Source of the DNA: Octopus bimaculoides | Lineage: Eukaryota | NCBI RefSeq assembly: GCF_001194135.2 | Contig: NC_068986.1 | Span: 67,661,839 to 67,703,325, forward strand | Length of the DNA stretch: 41,487 bases | Direction: 5' to 3' | In this document: positions 1 to 14,276 of the stretch, one piece after another | Layout of the letters: each line of letters begins with the position of its first letter | How positions within the stretch are numbered: the first letter of the stretch is position 1 | Notes under the pieces: generated by a model | The model's input: only the letters and a program-made list of their open reading frames with translations | Told to the model about the DNA's origin: nothing | Databases searched by the model: none | Made by a program: the position numbers and the translations under genes

Positions 1-35
<35 letters not shown>

Positions 36-360
36 TATATAGATGTATATATTACATATATGTATGTACACATATATATATGTATATATGCGTATATATA
101 TATACATGTATATGTATGTATACTCATACATACACAGACACATATATAGGACACATTTTAAACAATTTAATAAGCGATCGCATAATCAATATATGTAGAC
201 TACGTTTTATAGTGGATATATCATAGACATACAACGGCGCACACATATAAGCACGTATAATAAAGATCATAAATATACGTGTGTGTGTGTGTGTGTATGT
301 GTGTATGCGCATGTGTGTATGTGTGCATGTGCGCTTGCGCATGTGTGCATGTGTGTTATT
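1..360. repeat. Compound (AT)n/(GT)n degenerate microsatellite
   Basis: Directly visible dinucleotide runs at 1-120 and 278-355. Confidence 0.9.
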
Positions 361-2704
361 ACAAGGTTCATGGATTAAGTGTAGGAAGTTTGTAAGCTTC
401 GAAGAAGATTCCATAGTAGGTATAAAAAAACAACGTTCAGGAACAAAAATACTTATTGGTGTTGAAGGTTGCAGGTTTTTACTGCTTACGCTTAGTGACA
501 TGAGTTACTATGAATGCGAATAAAAATCGAAACTGAAGGAGTAAACCAGGTAAAATTCAGGCTACATATGTTTCCTTGATAACAGAACTCTGATGTAATA
601 ATTACTCAAAGTGGGACACCTAGCTAGCTACGCATCAGGCCAAGCATATCTTAATTATATGAAGGTTACACTGTCGTTAAGGAATCCCAAGTTAACTCGC
701 CGAGGATACAATTTGAAATGGGCGATGAAACCGAAAGTACAGAGTAAAAAGAAAAACAGATAAAAAATAAAAATAACATAATTTGAAGAAATAATATGTT
801 CAGTAAGTATGAAAAAAAAAGGAGGAGGTCAAATATTTGAGAGTGAGGAATTTGTCTAAAGTTGTTAAGAATAAAGAAAATGGGAGGGGGCGGGATTGGG
901 ACATATGGAGAGAGCAGTCGGTATATTTAATTCCACAACGGCTTTCTCTGAAGATCGGAGGGTTACATAATCGGATTATCAACTCCGTTGAACCCCTAGT
1001 GCGAAACTGGTTGGTAAGATCGGCCGTAATGGATATATAATACTGTACATTTTCAATATATATATATATNNNNNNNNNNNNNNNNNNNNNNNNNNNNNNN
1101 NNNNNNNNNNNNNNNNNNNNNNNNNNNNNNNNNNNNNNNNNNNNNNNNNNNNNNNNNNNNNNNNNNNNNNNNNNNNNNNNNNNNNNNNNNNNNNNNNNNN
1201 NNNNNNNNNNNNNNNNNNNNNNNNNNNNNNNNNNNNNNNNNNNNNNNNNNNNNNNNNNNNNNNNNNNNNNNNNNNNNNNNNNNNNNNNNNNNNNNNNNNN
1301 NNNNNNNNNNNNNNNNNNNNNNNNNNNNNNNNNNNNNNNNNNNNNNNNNNNNNNNNNNNNNNNNNNNNNNNNNNNNNNNNNNNNNNNNNNNNNNNNNNNN
1401 NNNNNNNNNNNNNNNNNNNNNNNNNNNNNNNNNNNNNNNNNNNNNNNNNNNNNNNNNNNNNNNNNNNNNNNNNNNNNNNNNNNNNNNNNNNNNNNNNNNN
1501 NNNNNNNNNNNNNNNNNNNNNNNNNNNNNNNNNNNNNNNNNNNNNNNNNNNNNNNNNNNNNNNNNNNNNNNNNNNNNNNNNNNNNNNNNNNNNNNNNNNN
1601 NNNNNNNNNNNNNNNNNNNNNNNNNNNNNNNNNNNNNNNNNNNNNNNNNNNNNNNNNNNNNNNNNNNNNNNNNNNNNNNNNNNNNNNNNNNNNNNNNNNN
1701 NNNNNNNNNNNNNNNNNNNNNNNNNNNNNNNNNNNNNNNNNNNNNNNNNNNNNNNNNNNNNNNNNNNNNNNNNNNNNNNNNNNNNNNNNNNNNNNNNNNN
1801 NNNNNNNNNNNNNNNNNNNNNNNNNNNNNNNNNNNNNNNNNNNNNNNNNNNNNNNNNNNNNNNNNNNNNNNNNNNNNNNNNNNNNNNNNNNNNNNNNNNN
1901 NNNNNNNNNNNNNNNNNNNNNNNNNNNNNNNNNNNNNNNNNNNNNNNNNNNNNNNNNNNNNNNNNNNNNNNNNNNNNNNNNNNNNNNNNNNNNNNNNNNN
2001 NNNNNNNNNNNNNNNNNNNNNTATATATATATATATATATATGACGATTGGTCCATCTTCACAGATGATTACGGTCTCCTTGTGTTACATCATTATCTGT
2101 CAAATTTCTCTTTTTTCCATCCGTGCCCTCTCCGATGACTCTCCAATCTCGTTGTAGATCTGCATGGTTTTGATAGCATAGTTGACAGACAAAAGTTTAA
2201 CTGGCTGCACATTTTGACTGGTTCGGTCTGTACTCATCGTTACCCATCCGTCGACATAGAACTTTCAGTAAATAAGATGTTTTACTTCGCTCCCTGAGAC
2301 AATCCAAGGGAATTTTTCATCCCCGCTTTCAGACGAAATGTCATCATATATACTACTTAAAAGAACAGTCACAAACAATGTTAGATTATAACACAGGTTA
2401 CCATGTAAAAATGTGTACTCTAAATCACTAGGTATGTTCTGTGTAAATTGACACCACAGTAGCAGTGAGCATAAGGTTAAAATCTAAATACCTCAGTATT
2501 TTTGTTAGTGTTCATAACATAATTACTACATTCGCATTTAATTATTGTCCGATTACATTTAATATTCCACTAAATATTTCTTTTTATTGGTTAATAATTG
2601 GAATATGCATCTCTGATGCAAACAAGATGGCTCACGTTTCCATCAGAATTTTGTCATATGTATATAATCACTTGCTCTCAGTAACCAGATATATCTTTCA
2701 TCTT

Positions 2705-2760
2705 TATCTTTTACTTGCTTTAGTCATTAAATGGCGGCCATGTTGGGGCTCCGCCATGTG
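2705..2760 (-). mobile_element. SINE family A, degraded 3' tail fragment
   Basis: tcttttacttgctttagtcattaaatggcggccatgttggggctccgcc resembles tcttttacttgttccggtcatttgactgcggccatgctggagcaccgcc at 18364-18412. Confidence 0.55.
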
Positions 2761-5700
2761 GGTTGTAGTCGCACAAGTTGTCCCCAGTAAATCTTGGATA
2801 ATTCTATCGCCTCCTTTGCTGAACTTCAACTTTATGTAAACGAAAACAAACTAACACAGGTTATCAAGTGGTGATGGGAGATAAATGCAATATATATAGC
2901 CACGCTTTCGCCTAAATATATATAGTTCCAACTTGTTGATGCTCCTTCACCTGCAGCACTTTATTTAAAACACACCAAAAGCAAATAAACTGATATGCAA
3001 ATGATTAAAAGAAGTCATTTTAGAACATCGTATCCTCGATAATTTGTGGTATAGTACCGCCAACCCCTTTGATGATCTGTGTCTCTTTGGGTCCTTAAAT
3101 TTTCTTTCTGTTCACAAGATGGCATTAGCATTGCCTATCGAGATGTAGTGCCTAGTTGAGACAAGTCGAGGTGTCCTTCTCTTCACTCTGAATATAGATG
3201 CTGGGGTTTAAAAGCGGAATCTATTTACACAGCGAAGTTAATTGCTTATTAAACGTATGCAAATACATATATTTACAAATTATTATTTTCCAACACTCTA
3301 TCTCAATACAGTAATTCATATATATAATACTCTTGTTTAGTGGTGTTAATCATTGCTCTGCTATTATACGAAAGCAGAACATTCATGAGCTTTCGAATAT
3401 CAATTCAAACCACAGTACTTATTGTTTAAAATTCTACTACTTCTTCGATTACTATCAAATGTGCGCGCAATAACATTATATATGTGGAAGTGAATTTTAA
3501 AGGACGGTCTAGTTGGAGCCTTGTAGGGGTGATTTTCGTAAAAGATACATATTACAGACATCGGATGTGCTCTGTATTCGCTCTTTTGTATTTGTAAGTC
3601 TGTGAGTGGTGATTGAAGTGTGTGATTATAATTAAACAGTTTATTTTATGATGCCATGTCATACTTTGTACGCTTAAGCATATTGTGTGCGCGCTAGGCG
3701 TGTGGCATAGAATATGCGCGTACATGCGTAAGTACATGTGTTTTGTATTGTCAAAATATATGCGCTTGGATTTCTGGTCAATGTTGTTGCAAGCACCCCC
3801 ATGTATATGCATGCGCGTGTGTTGGTGGTGTCATGTAGTGTGGTGCGATGTGGTGTGTGTGGGGGGGTATAGGGGAATAGTTGGTGTAGTCCTATGTTGA
3901 GTTTGCAATAGTTTGCTTGAATCTGCATATTTGCGAACGTGAACAAAACCGGGAAATCAATTTCATATGTGCATGAGACTGTCCGTATGTACCTCCATGT
4001 ATCTATATGCATGTGTTTGTGTGAAGATTATATGTTGTATGGGTCGTATGCACGCACCTGTGTGGGTTTGCAATGTTATGAGTCTGAGCGAGAAGAAGGT
4101 TATAGTGTTAGCTAATGTATGCGTATTTGTGTATAAACTTGTGATTGTGAGTTGCTATCATATTGAAGTCGATACATAAGCATTTGTGCAGTTTGTGTAT
4201 GCTAATACGGTCTGTGTATTCAGTCTATATAGATGTGTTACGAATATGCACGCATTTATTTATATTTTCCTTTGTGTCCATGTACCGTTTCGTGAGTGTG
4301 TATACGTGTGTGTGTCTGGATGTGATGTGTCGTGTATTTTATGTCTTTTTATAGATATACGTGGTACGGTACAGTTGAATGATCGTAACGCTTAGCGTGA
4401 TTGTAGACATTTTGTATTTGTGCAGGCAATACATAGAGCATCGTGTTCCTGTTACGTTAGTCACTGTGGTTGACGAGTGTCTGTAATGTGTTGTGGAAAT
4501 TGCACGCTGTTAAAGAGTAATTGTTTCTGCATGGTTAAGTGGATGGTGCTAAAATTGCAGCTTAACGACCTATGTAGATTGATGTAGATGTTTAGACATC
4601 TTAGGCATACAGGTGGTGATGAGTTCGGATATTTTGCTGAGTAGTGGTTTGTGCACAAATATAATGTGAAAGTTTTTTACTGTACATAAATTACAGAGTC
4701 TGTCACTACCATAATACTGTAGGACTGATTGTGTAATGACATGTTGCTTATATAGGGTGTGGTGTTCGCGAAGTTGCCAAACATAGCAAAGGATTTAAGT
4801 GGCGATTCGCTCCATTGTCCTAGTTAAATGAAATCGTGATCTCATTGGCAATGAAGCAGATGCTGGGAAAATTTTTTTTTTTCATTTCCTTTACATACGA
4901 TATATCTATTGGGGCCGTATGACTTCAAAGAACATACTATTATTTTGCAGGCTCTATTGGTTTTCCTGTCAAGGCTATCAGAGTTTATTCCAAGTCAGTT
5001 ATATTTATCGATGTTAGAATATACAATGGTCTGCGCTAAGAAGTTGGGTGGTAGAGTATGATAGTTCTCTTGTGTTCCTATTAAAGATTTAAAATTACTA
5101 TTGGTAATGTAAAAATGCTGTTGTAGAAGGGAGAAGTGTCTAGCAATGATCGTCGTCATCCATAAGTTAAAGGAATTTTATATCAGGTGACTTTGAAGGA
5201 GTAGTTAAGTGGTTAGCCTCGGTTGTTCAGTAGGGCAGTAGAAAAGATTTGTGTTATTTCTTCGTTAAATCCAATCTTGTAAAGAATGTTGGTATAGTAC
5301 TGAGAGTTGTTCTGGAAAATCATGCCGTCGGCAGAAAATAAGAATGCGTGGAGTGAGTTATATTTTGAACCATCTTATTGGTGATAGACTATGGGTGATT
5401 GGAGTGTCTGCAGCTGTGCTGTAATGTATATATATATATATATNNNNNNNNNNNNNNNNNNNNNNNNNNNNNNNNNNNNNNNNNNNNNNNNNNNNNNNNN
5501 NNNNNNNNNNNNNNNNNNNNNNNNNNNNNNNNNNNNNNNNNNNNNNNNNNNNNNNNNNNNNNNNNNNNNNNNNNNNNNNNNNNNNNNNNNNNNNNNNNNN
5601 NNNNNNNNNNNNNNNNNNNNNNNNNNNNNNNNNNNNNNNNNNNNNNNNNNNNNNNNNNNNNNNNNNNNNNNNNNNNNNNNNNNNNNNNNNNNNNNNNNNN

Positions 5701-5867
5701 NNNNNNNNNNNNNNNNNNNNNNNNNNNNNNNNNNNNNNNNNNNNNNNNNNNNNNNNNNNNNNNNNNNNNNNNNNNNNNNNNNNNNNNNNNNNNNNNNNNN
5801 NNNNNNNNNNNNNNNNNNNNNNNNNNNNNNNNNNNNNNNNNNNNNNNNNNNNNNNNNNNNNNNNNNN

Positions 5868-5911
<44 letters not shown>

Positions 5912-6334
5912 TACTTGTGAGAATGTGTGTGTGAGAGAGAAATATATGTGACACTATGTGTTGTAGCTGTCTGCAAGAAACGTGGTAAAGTTAGAATTTC
6001 TATATTTTGAATAACATAGTCAAACCTATTTTTTTATATTTGTTGCACTTAAATCAGAAATTCTCCATGTCACTGATAACAAGAATACAACTGCTTGTAG
6101 ACAATCTGCCTGGTACTATAATATAAAATTTATAAAATACTTTTAAGACAAACAGTTACTGGTTAAAATTTTTTTTAAATCTTTTCTTATTCATCTTCTT
6201 GTAGTGAATTAATATGCAGTGAGATAGTGAAATCAGATTTTGTTTCACCTTTATTTCTATAACATATATCAGAAAAGAAACACTCCTCTCTTGTTTGCAG
6301 TCATTTTTATTTTACATTTTGCCTATATTTTCAG

Positions 6335-6379
6335 GACGAGAAAGAACAGACGATGAGAATCATGGGATATTTACATCTG
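6335..6379 (+). CDS. nAChR-like exon, 45 nt: DEKEQTMRIMGYLHL (beta1-beta2, loop D)
   Basis: Acceptor ctatattttcAG at 6333-6334 and donor GTtagt at 6380. Size and sequence match the conserved 45-nt DEKNQ-type exon of nAChR genes. Confidence 0.88.
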
Positions 6380-9300
6380 GTTAGTAAATAGTTGTGCTTT
6401 CTGTTTCTTCTATAATTTTTAAAAAAAAATCTTCCTATATAATGAAGAGAATGAGGTAGTAGACAACTCCTCTAATTGAACTAAAAAGAAATAATTTTAT
6501 CGGTGATAACTAGGTGACATCATAGGAGAGTAACTAAATATAAACTTCCTACAGATTTCTTTTTATATCTGTTTTTCTAAGCGCCGTTCTTTTCATCTCA
6601 GAAGGCTGATATCTTTAAATGGAAAATAATTTAATGCTAAAGACAGTTTGTCTTTTACGTACAAGGCGTTTTAAATACGTCATTGTGTTTAGATATATGA
6701 GATATAAGTAAATATACTGTAATCTTTGTTTTCGAGACAGGAATTCTGTGTCTGTACATTATGTATTGTTGTTTACTGATAACCCTGATTGGAATGATAT
6801 TGAACTGATGATTGTGATTTTCTTTTGACTAGACTATTTCCATCTACCTTAGTAAATTCCTGATATTTCGTTGATAGAATCACTTAAATTGATTCCTCTG
6901 AGAAGTACAGCAGAAAAAATGGAGTCGCTGTATTAATAGACATACAAAAATTATATAAGAAAACGGCAAATAAACAGGTGTTCTCACAGATTATAATTAG
7001 GAGAATAATGAGTTCTCATATCAGTAGAAATATGCAAAGTGAAAGTGAAGAGTCAATAGTATTAAGCAGTGAATGACTAGTACGTATTTGATAGATGCTA
7101 GGAGACCATCCCTGCAAGATTTCAACTCAAACTGTTTGAGGGTCAAAATATAATTTAAAGCCTTTATTCTGAAATAACAACTTCCTGTGTACTGCTATGT
7201 AGAACTTTCCAAAGTAGCTCCGTTTTACTATTTAAACACTTGAGATGTACTATCAGCATGAAAATCATTAGATCCGTTACATAATTGATACACACAGCTT
7301 TAAAAAGCAGAGTAAAAATTCATAAACGCTGGAGAATATACAATTACATCAAATGTAATTTTTGTATATAACCATTGCTTTTTTTGTAAGTAAATAAATT
7401 ATTCCAGGTCTTGCTATTTTCTGTCGAATGATCTTATGACTAAATTAGTATTTCAAATAGGTATACCACACATTTCAATTTTCTGATGAATGCTGAAATA
7501 AGATGAGTTGTGTACCAACTTTTATATTCAATGTGTATTTTATCAGTAGTTTGATACTGCAAAGTGTTAAATGAATGCAATGTGGATATACCATAATTTT
7601 TATGAAAATAAATTAGATAGTCTTATGTTATGTCGTTTCAAGATTAAGAAATCGTATTTGGAAACTAACAGGTAGCCTCACATTTTTATTGAGTAGGTGT
7701 CAGAAGATATTAGGAGAGAATTCACCGCTGTTAAAATAGAGTGTAGATTAAAGGAAGTTCATAAACGGATAATCCTGATATCTAAAATTAACAGACGGCA
7801 ATGCCTGCATTTTCTTATTTCCTAATGCATCACAAACTACCACAGAATATTTGAAGGTATCTAATTTACTTATTACGGCTCTTGCGTAGATAACATGTAC
7901 TGCAATCTGTGAATGCAAGGTAATAATTTACTGGGTTGTGCTCTTTAGGCGAAATACGATAACTGCGACTGCAACAGTTGACGTGTTGCTGGAACAATAT
8001 AAGATGCTGGACAATCGCTTCAATTAAGCTAAGTGGTGGCAAGTGTTGGATGCGTGATGAGGAAAATGATATATTACAGTGTACTACAGGATAAAAATAT
8101 ATGTAGTCTAATATACTTATTCCTTACTATTCTATAGTTACTAATATATACATATTTTATTTCTACCAAATTCTTTTCTTGTTTAAGTAGTAAATGTATG
8201 AAAACAATGAATAATTTTCTCGTTATTTGTGCTTGTTTTCAAAATATTCTATCTTTCACTTTCACTTTCACTTTTAACATTGAAATTCTTCCTTCAAAAT
8301 AAAATAATCATACTAGCTGAAATACCGAAACATATCTCATAAATTACCTGAACGAGGGAGAAAGTTCAAATCAATACCAACTTTGCTTTTACAATCGATA
8401 ACTCTTGAAAATCTTTGAATATCTGAATACCGTAGAAAATCTTCTAATAATATGTAATGCAATTTATTAAGTGGCATAAAAATCCTTAATATAAAGTTAT
8501 TTCAATAAAAGTTTGCATTATCGTGGTGATAATAATGGCGGAAAGCTGTCGGAAATAATGCGTCGCTTTTGACACTTTATTAAACTCTGTTCTATAGTAA
8601 ATTTAGAAAATGAAATCCAGTCCTCCAGTAATAAAAGTTGGAAGTACCGTCTCTTACCAGACTATGGAAAATTTTTATCACGAGAAAATTATTTAATAAA
8701 AGGAAGGCGTTATTATATTCGTAATCATTGTCGAGGAAACAAAACTATGCCAGGCCTGTTTTCTAATAATTGTTGTTTAAAATGGATTGTGTTCTAAGCA
8801 AACTAAATATTGCATTGGAAAGAAAATATAAAAGATCGTTCAATTTTTGACACTGTTAAGGATTATCACTTTATAATTACTTGGTAATTAATACAGTAGA
8901 GAATATATATTACCCTTTAGTTGCTACATTGTTAAAAGATCACTGCCAGATCGAACAATATTCTTCAATATAGTATTATTTACTCCAAGTAGGGCATACT
9001 TTTAATATTTTGTAGGATTTTGGTTTAAATTCCTTCATGAGTTGTCCTATAAGAAATAAAATAATTGGTAAATGCATCAGTGTCAATTTCGTTAAGGGTT
9101 TAATTCTATGCTTATGGATTGTTTTCTCACGTACATTAGAAGTATTAAATCATTTACTGGTTGAAGCCTTTCGTTCACAATCCGATAGATAGTACCACAA
9201 AAAAGGTTATTCGAATATTTTCGACTAAACCATATACTGTAATAAGGTAGTATAAGAAAAAAAAGAACACCAAGTCGTGCAATAATATGTTTCAACTGAT

Positions 9301-12300
9301 ACAACGTAAATGTAAAATATCGTCAATTTAATATCCCGATCTTGGTTTTAATCTTTTATTTAACTGTATGTGTGGTAAGAAGCTTGCTACCCAATCCCAT
9401 GTTTCCAGATTCAGTTCCACCTCGGGGCACCTAAGGCTTCTACTACAGCCTCGGGCCGGCCAATGCCTTGTGAGTGGATTTGGTAGACGGAAACTGAAAG
9501 AAGCTTGTCGTATATGTGTGTGTTTTGCGTATGTGTTTTTTCTCCCACTGCCGCATCACAATCAGTGGTTTTTTGTTTATGTCCTCGTAACTTAACATTT
9601 CGGCAAAAAAAAAAAAATGCGATAGTATAAGTACTGGAGCCGGTTCGTTCGACTTAAAATTCTTCACGGCAGTGATCCAGCATGACTGTAGTCTAATGAC
9701 TTAACACATAAAGCTCGACGAGTCACAATCGTAGCCACCAGGCACAGGTCGACAGCCCACGGTCGTGGCCCAGATAGATGCATTTAATTTATGGGCGTTT
9801 GTTGGGGTCTAATGTCATTCAAATGCTCCGATACTTCCCAGAATGCAAGAGGACTAATAGTTTAACTAATGACTATTCATATGATGTAAAACTTGCCACC
9901 GTTATATACTAAGAAGGCATTTTAACTACTCTTTGTTTTTTTTTATGTATGCATGGTAGTCTCATTTTCATAAAATTTGCTCAGCAGTCCATGTTATGGA
10001 AGCGTAAATCCTAGAGCTTTGTGGGTTAAAAAAGTAAACTATAAAGATAAAAGATAGGTAAATAACTTTGCTGCATAAATCTTGTCTAAAAATATTCCAT
10101 TGCAAATAAAATTCAATAAAACAGAATGTATGTCGGGCACCGAATTAAACAGCATAATGAAATTCAACGGCTCTAGTTTGAAACAACTGCATATCACATA
10201 TGTGAGAAATATCTTAATATTTAAGCTAAAATTCTTGATGATATGCACTTTAAGGATGTTTTCTTTCTGTTGAATATTTCCTTGATGTTTGATTTAGATT
10301 TCCAGTTCGTCATTCATAGCATGCAAATATACGATATCAAATATTTCTCTTACCTAAAGTAGTATGGTCAATGGTAACAAGTGATTTTTTTTTCTCTTTT
10401 AAAAATGTTCTCATGTTTGAAGATCATTCTTACAATGCTAGGAGGCGGCAAGCTAGCAGAATTGTTTGCACGCCGGGAAAAGGCTTAACGGCATTTCGTC
10501 CGTCTTTGCGTTGTTAGTTCAAATTCCGCCGAGGTCGACTTGGCTTTTCATCCTTTCGGGGTCGAGAAGATAAGTACCGGTTGAGCACTGGGGTAAAGTA
10601 ATCGATTCAGCCACTCTCTTGATCTTGCTGGCCTTGTACCAAAATTTGAATCATTATTTATTTCTTTATGGCCTACAGGGTGCTAAAAATAGAGGGGACA
10701 AACAAGGACAGACAAAGGGATTAATTCGATTACATCGATTCAAGTGCGTAACTAGTACTTATTTAATCGACCCTGAAAGGGTGAAAGGCGAAGTCGACCT
10801 CGGCGGAATTTGAACGTAACGTCAGACGAAATACCGCTAAGCGTTTCGCCCGGCGTGTTAACGATTCTACCAGCTCGACGCCCTTTTAAATCATTATTGA
10901 AACGCTAGGCGGCGAGCTGGCAGAATCGTTAGAACGCCGGGCAAAATGTTTAGGTCATCTTTACGTCCTAAGTTCAAAATCTACTGAGGTCGACTTTGCC
11001 TTTCATCCTTTCGGGATCGATAAATTAAGTACCAGTCAAGTACTGGTATCGATGTGACCAACACACCCATCTCAGCACAAATTTTAGTTCTGGTGTCTAT
11101 ATTAGAAAGGATTATTAAAATACTAGAAAATATCACAATAGTTTCTGATTTAAGCACAAGGCCACGAGTTTTAGGGGGAGGGCCTTAGTTGATACAATCC
11201 ATCCCCCTACATGACTACACTTAGCACTTGATTTTTATCGATTCCAGAGGAAAGAAAAGCAAAGTTAACTTAGGCGTGATCTGAAGTCAGAAGGTGAAGA
11301 GCTGGTAGAAATACCGCAAGTCCTTTTACGACCATCTAACGATCCAGTCTATCTACCACACTTATATCATCATCATCATCATCATCATCTAATTAATCAA
11401 TATGAAATATTCCATTTAATATATATTTCTTTTTCGTAGGATTGGACAGACCACCAACTAAAATGGGCACCTGACCGTTACGGTGGATTGAAACATCTCG
11501 TCTTACCAACAGATAAAGTTTGGACTCCACAACTTCTTTTAGGCAATTCGTAAGCATAATTACTTTGAGCTTTCAGAGTTAACTTTAAAATATATTTTTC
11601 TATAAAATTTGTAATTTGTCTGAGCCGATAAGTGTCGGCCCCTCAATAGGTCTCCCCCACACGCATCAGTCTTCTATTTAATCCAGAGAAATCATCATAA
11701 GCACTAATACAAAAGAAAACACTGGGCTACTGGATTTTCTGGTCTAAGTGCTTTTCTATAATGTGCCTTAATTCCTGTTTTCTGGCCCGAGATGTTATAG
11801 TTTTAGTAGCAGAAGCAAGGGTTACTATATATGAATTATATAAATACAATTTCAGCGTGGAAGGTGTTTATAAGCCAATTTAAAACACATAAAAAAACCG
11901 TTAGATTCACTTCAACATTTAAATTTAATTTGTCAAAATATTTTCGTCGAAGTTTCAAAGCGTGGCTTAGTGATAGAGGTATTCGACTCACGATCTTGAA
12001 GCGCAAGTCGTGTCAAATGACTTCGTCTATGAATTTCGCTTCATCCGGTCTAGACTGAGAGCTAAATTAATTTACTTGACTAAGATTGACTTATTTTGAC
12101 AAAGCAGGGTTCTTTATATTTTAGAAGTAAAGAAATGCGAGTGTCATAGTTTTAGTGTTATCAGAGGAAAGACTGTATTATTTATTAAAGGTCATTATAT
12201 CGTCAATATTGTTGGATATTTCTACGCTGTTCATATCAATATTTTAAACCACAATTCACCAACAACCATTCGCTTTGCAGAAAATACTGGAAGTCAAAAT

Positions 12301-14229
12301 AGCTATTACAATAAAATTGAGTACGCTTATACCTTGAAAAATCAAGTTCAATAATTTTCATCAATATAAATCCGGTTTTTCCTGGTACAACACATTCAGT
12401 CAAACTGTAATTCTGTGATCTCACAATAACAATGAGTTTATAGCAATAACAGATACACGTTGATAGTCGAGATCAATTCTGCTAAAGCCATAATTTAGTC
12501 GTAGAAACAGCCGTTTGCTAACTGCTCAGCCATTGAGCTATTTCGGTTGGCGCTGCTTCGGTTACGACGACGAGTGTTCCAGTTGATGCGGTCAACGGAA
12601 CAACGTGCTCGTGAAATTAACGTGCAAGTGGCTGAGCCCTCCACAGACATGGAACTCTCAGAGAGATTCAGCGTGGCAGAGAGTGTGGCAGGCTGGCTCT
12701 TTGAAATACAGGTACAACAGAAACAGGAAGAAAGAGAGAGAAAGTTGTGGTGAAAGAGTACAGCAAGGTTCACTACCATCTCCTGCCGGAGCCTCGTGGA
12801 ACTTTATGTATTTTCGCTCAATAAACACTCACAACGCCCGGTCTGGAAATCGAAACCACGATCCTACGACCGCGACCTCATTAATCGGTTTTGCTCTAGG
12901 GGTTCCGATTATGTAACGCTGTGCTCTTCAGAGATGGTATACAAAACATTCATCCATCTATATATATATATATATNNNNNNNNNNNNNNNNNNNNNNNNN
13001 NNNNNNNNNNNNNNNNNNNNNNNNNNNNNNNNNNNNNNNNNNNNNNNNNNNNNNNNNNNNNNNNNNNNNNNNNNNNNNNNNNNNNNNNNNNNNNNNNNNN
13101 NNNNNNNNNNNNNNNNNNNNNNNNNNNNNNNNNNNNNNNNNNNNNNNNNNNNNNNNNNNNNNNNNNNNNNNNNNNNNNNNNNNNNNNNNNNNNNNNNNNN
13201 NNNNNNNNNNNNNNNNNNNNNNNNNNNNNNNNNNNNNNNNNNNNNNNNNNNNNNNNNNNNNNNNNNNNNNNNNNNNNNNNNNNNNNNNNNNNNNNNNNNN
13301 NNNNNNNNNNNNNNNNNNNNNNNNNNNNTATATATATATATATTTTATTTAAAAGCAGCAGAAATATCACAAAAAACTGTTACTCGAAGTTTCACGTTCC
13401 CTTTCATCGGACAGTTTTGTTAGAAATGGGAAAGAAATTAGGAGCTACTATTAGAGTTACAACGGAACACTAGTACCCCTCCCCCACAACCAAAGCTATG
13501 ACAGAATAAGATCCCCATAAACTAATAACGGGAAACTTATACAATAGACAGATGAATAAATGGAATTAAATAATTATATACATAAACAGAATATAAACTA
13601 AATTAAATCAAATTAATACCAAAAAAAGAAAGAAATGAAAAAAGTAAGTAGATAAAACAAATGAATAAAATAAAAGTAAAATAAACGAACGTGAATAAAC
13701 AGGGGATACTGATAATACAGGTCCCATACACATTTCCACACAAACACTTACTAAACATAGACACTCACAGGGATTTATAGATGCGCAAATAAAAACATAT
13801 ACAACAGGAATACAAAATGGCAGATAGTTAGGAAGGAGTGACACAAAAAGGAAACAAGAAAGCAAAGGGCCACTGATGAGTTCACAGAAAGAACTCTGTC
13901 CGAAATACAATTAATATAAAATAAAGCTAAAGCAAGTGAACACCAAATATATAGAGCGTGTGTTTTCATTAGCAACATGGCCATCCCTAAATACAGCAAT
14001 ATATATATATATANNNNNNNNNNNNNNNNNNNNNNNNNNNNNNNNNNNNNNNNNNNNNNNNNNNNNNNNNNNNNNNNNNNNNNNNNNNNNNNNNNNNNNN
14101 NNNNNNNNNNNNNNNNNNNNNNNNNNNNNNNNNNNNNNNNNNNNNNNNNNNNNNNNNNNNNNNNNNNNNNNNNNNNNNNNNNNNNNNNNNNNNNNNNNNN
14201 NNNNNNNNNNNNNNNNNNNNNNNNNNNNN

Positions 14230-14276
<47 letters not shown>

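Noticed and set aside
124-523. His/Thr- or Cys/Val-rich ORFs (also 3552-4395, 16275-16743, 23686-24229, 24555-24931)
   Set aside because: Translations of (CA)n/(GT)n/(AT)n degenerate microsatellites.
2032-6330. Search for the signal-peptide exon and the ~140-nt YxxxxRP exon of the channel gene
   Set aside because: No acceptor/donor-bounded frame with the expected motif was found; probably upstream of the window or in the gaps at 1070-2031 or 5444-5867.
8700-9060. Minus-strand ENRPGIVLF resembling the RPD motif of RLE-type LINE endonucleases
   Set aside because: A single short motif amid many stops; not enough to call an element.
12495-12916. GC-richer overlapping ORFs on both strands
   Set aside because: They fall within the SINE-like family C repeat, with no protein motif.
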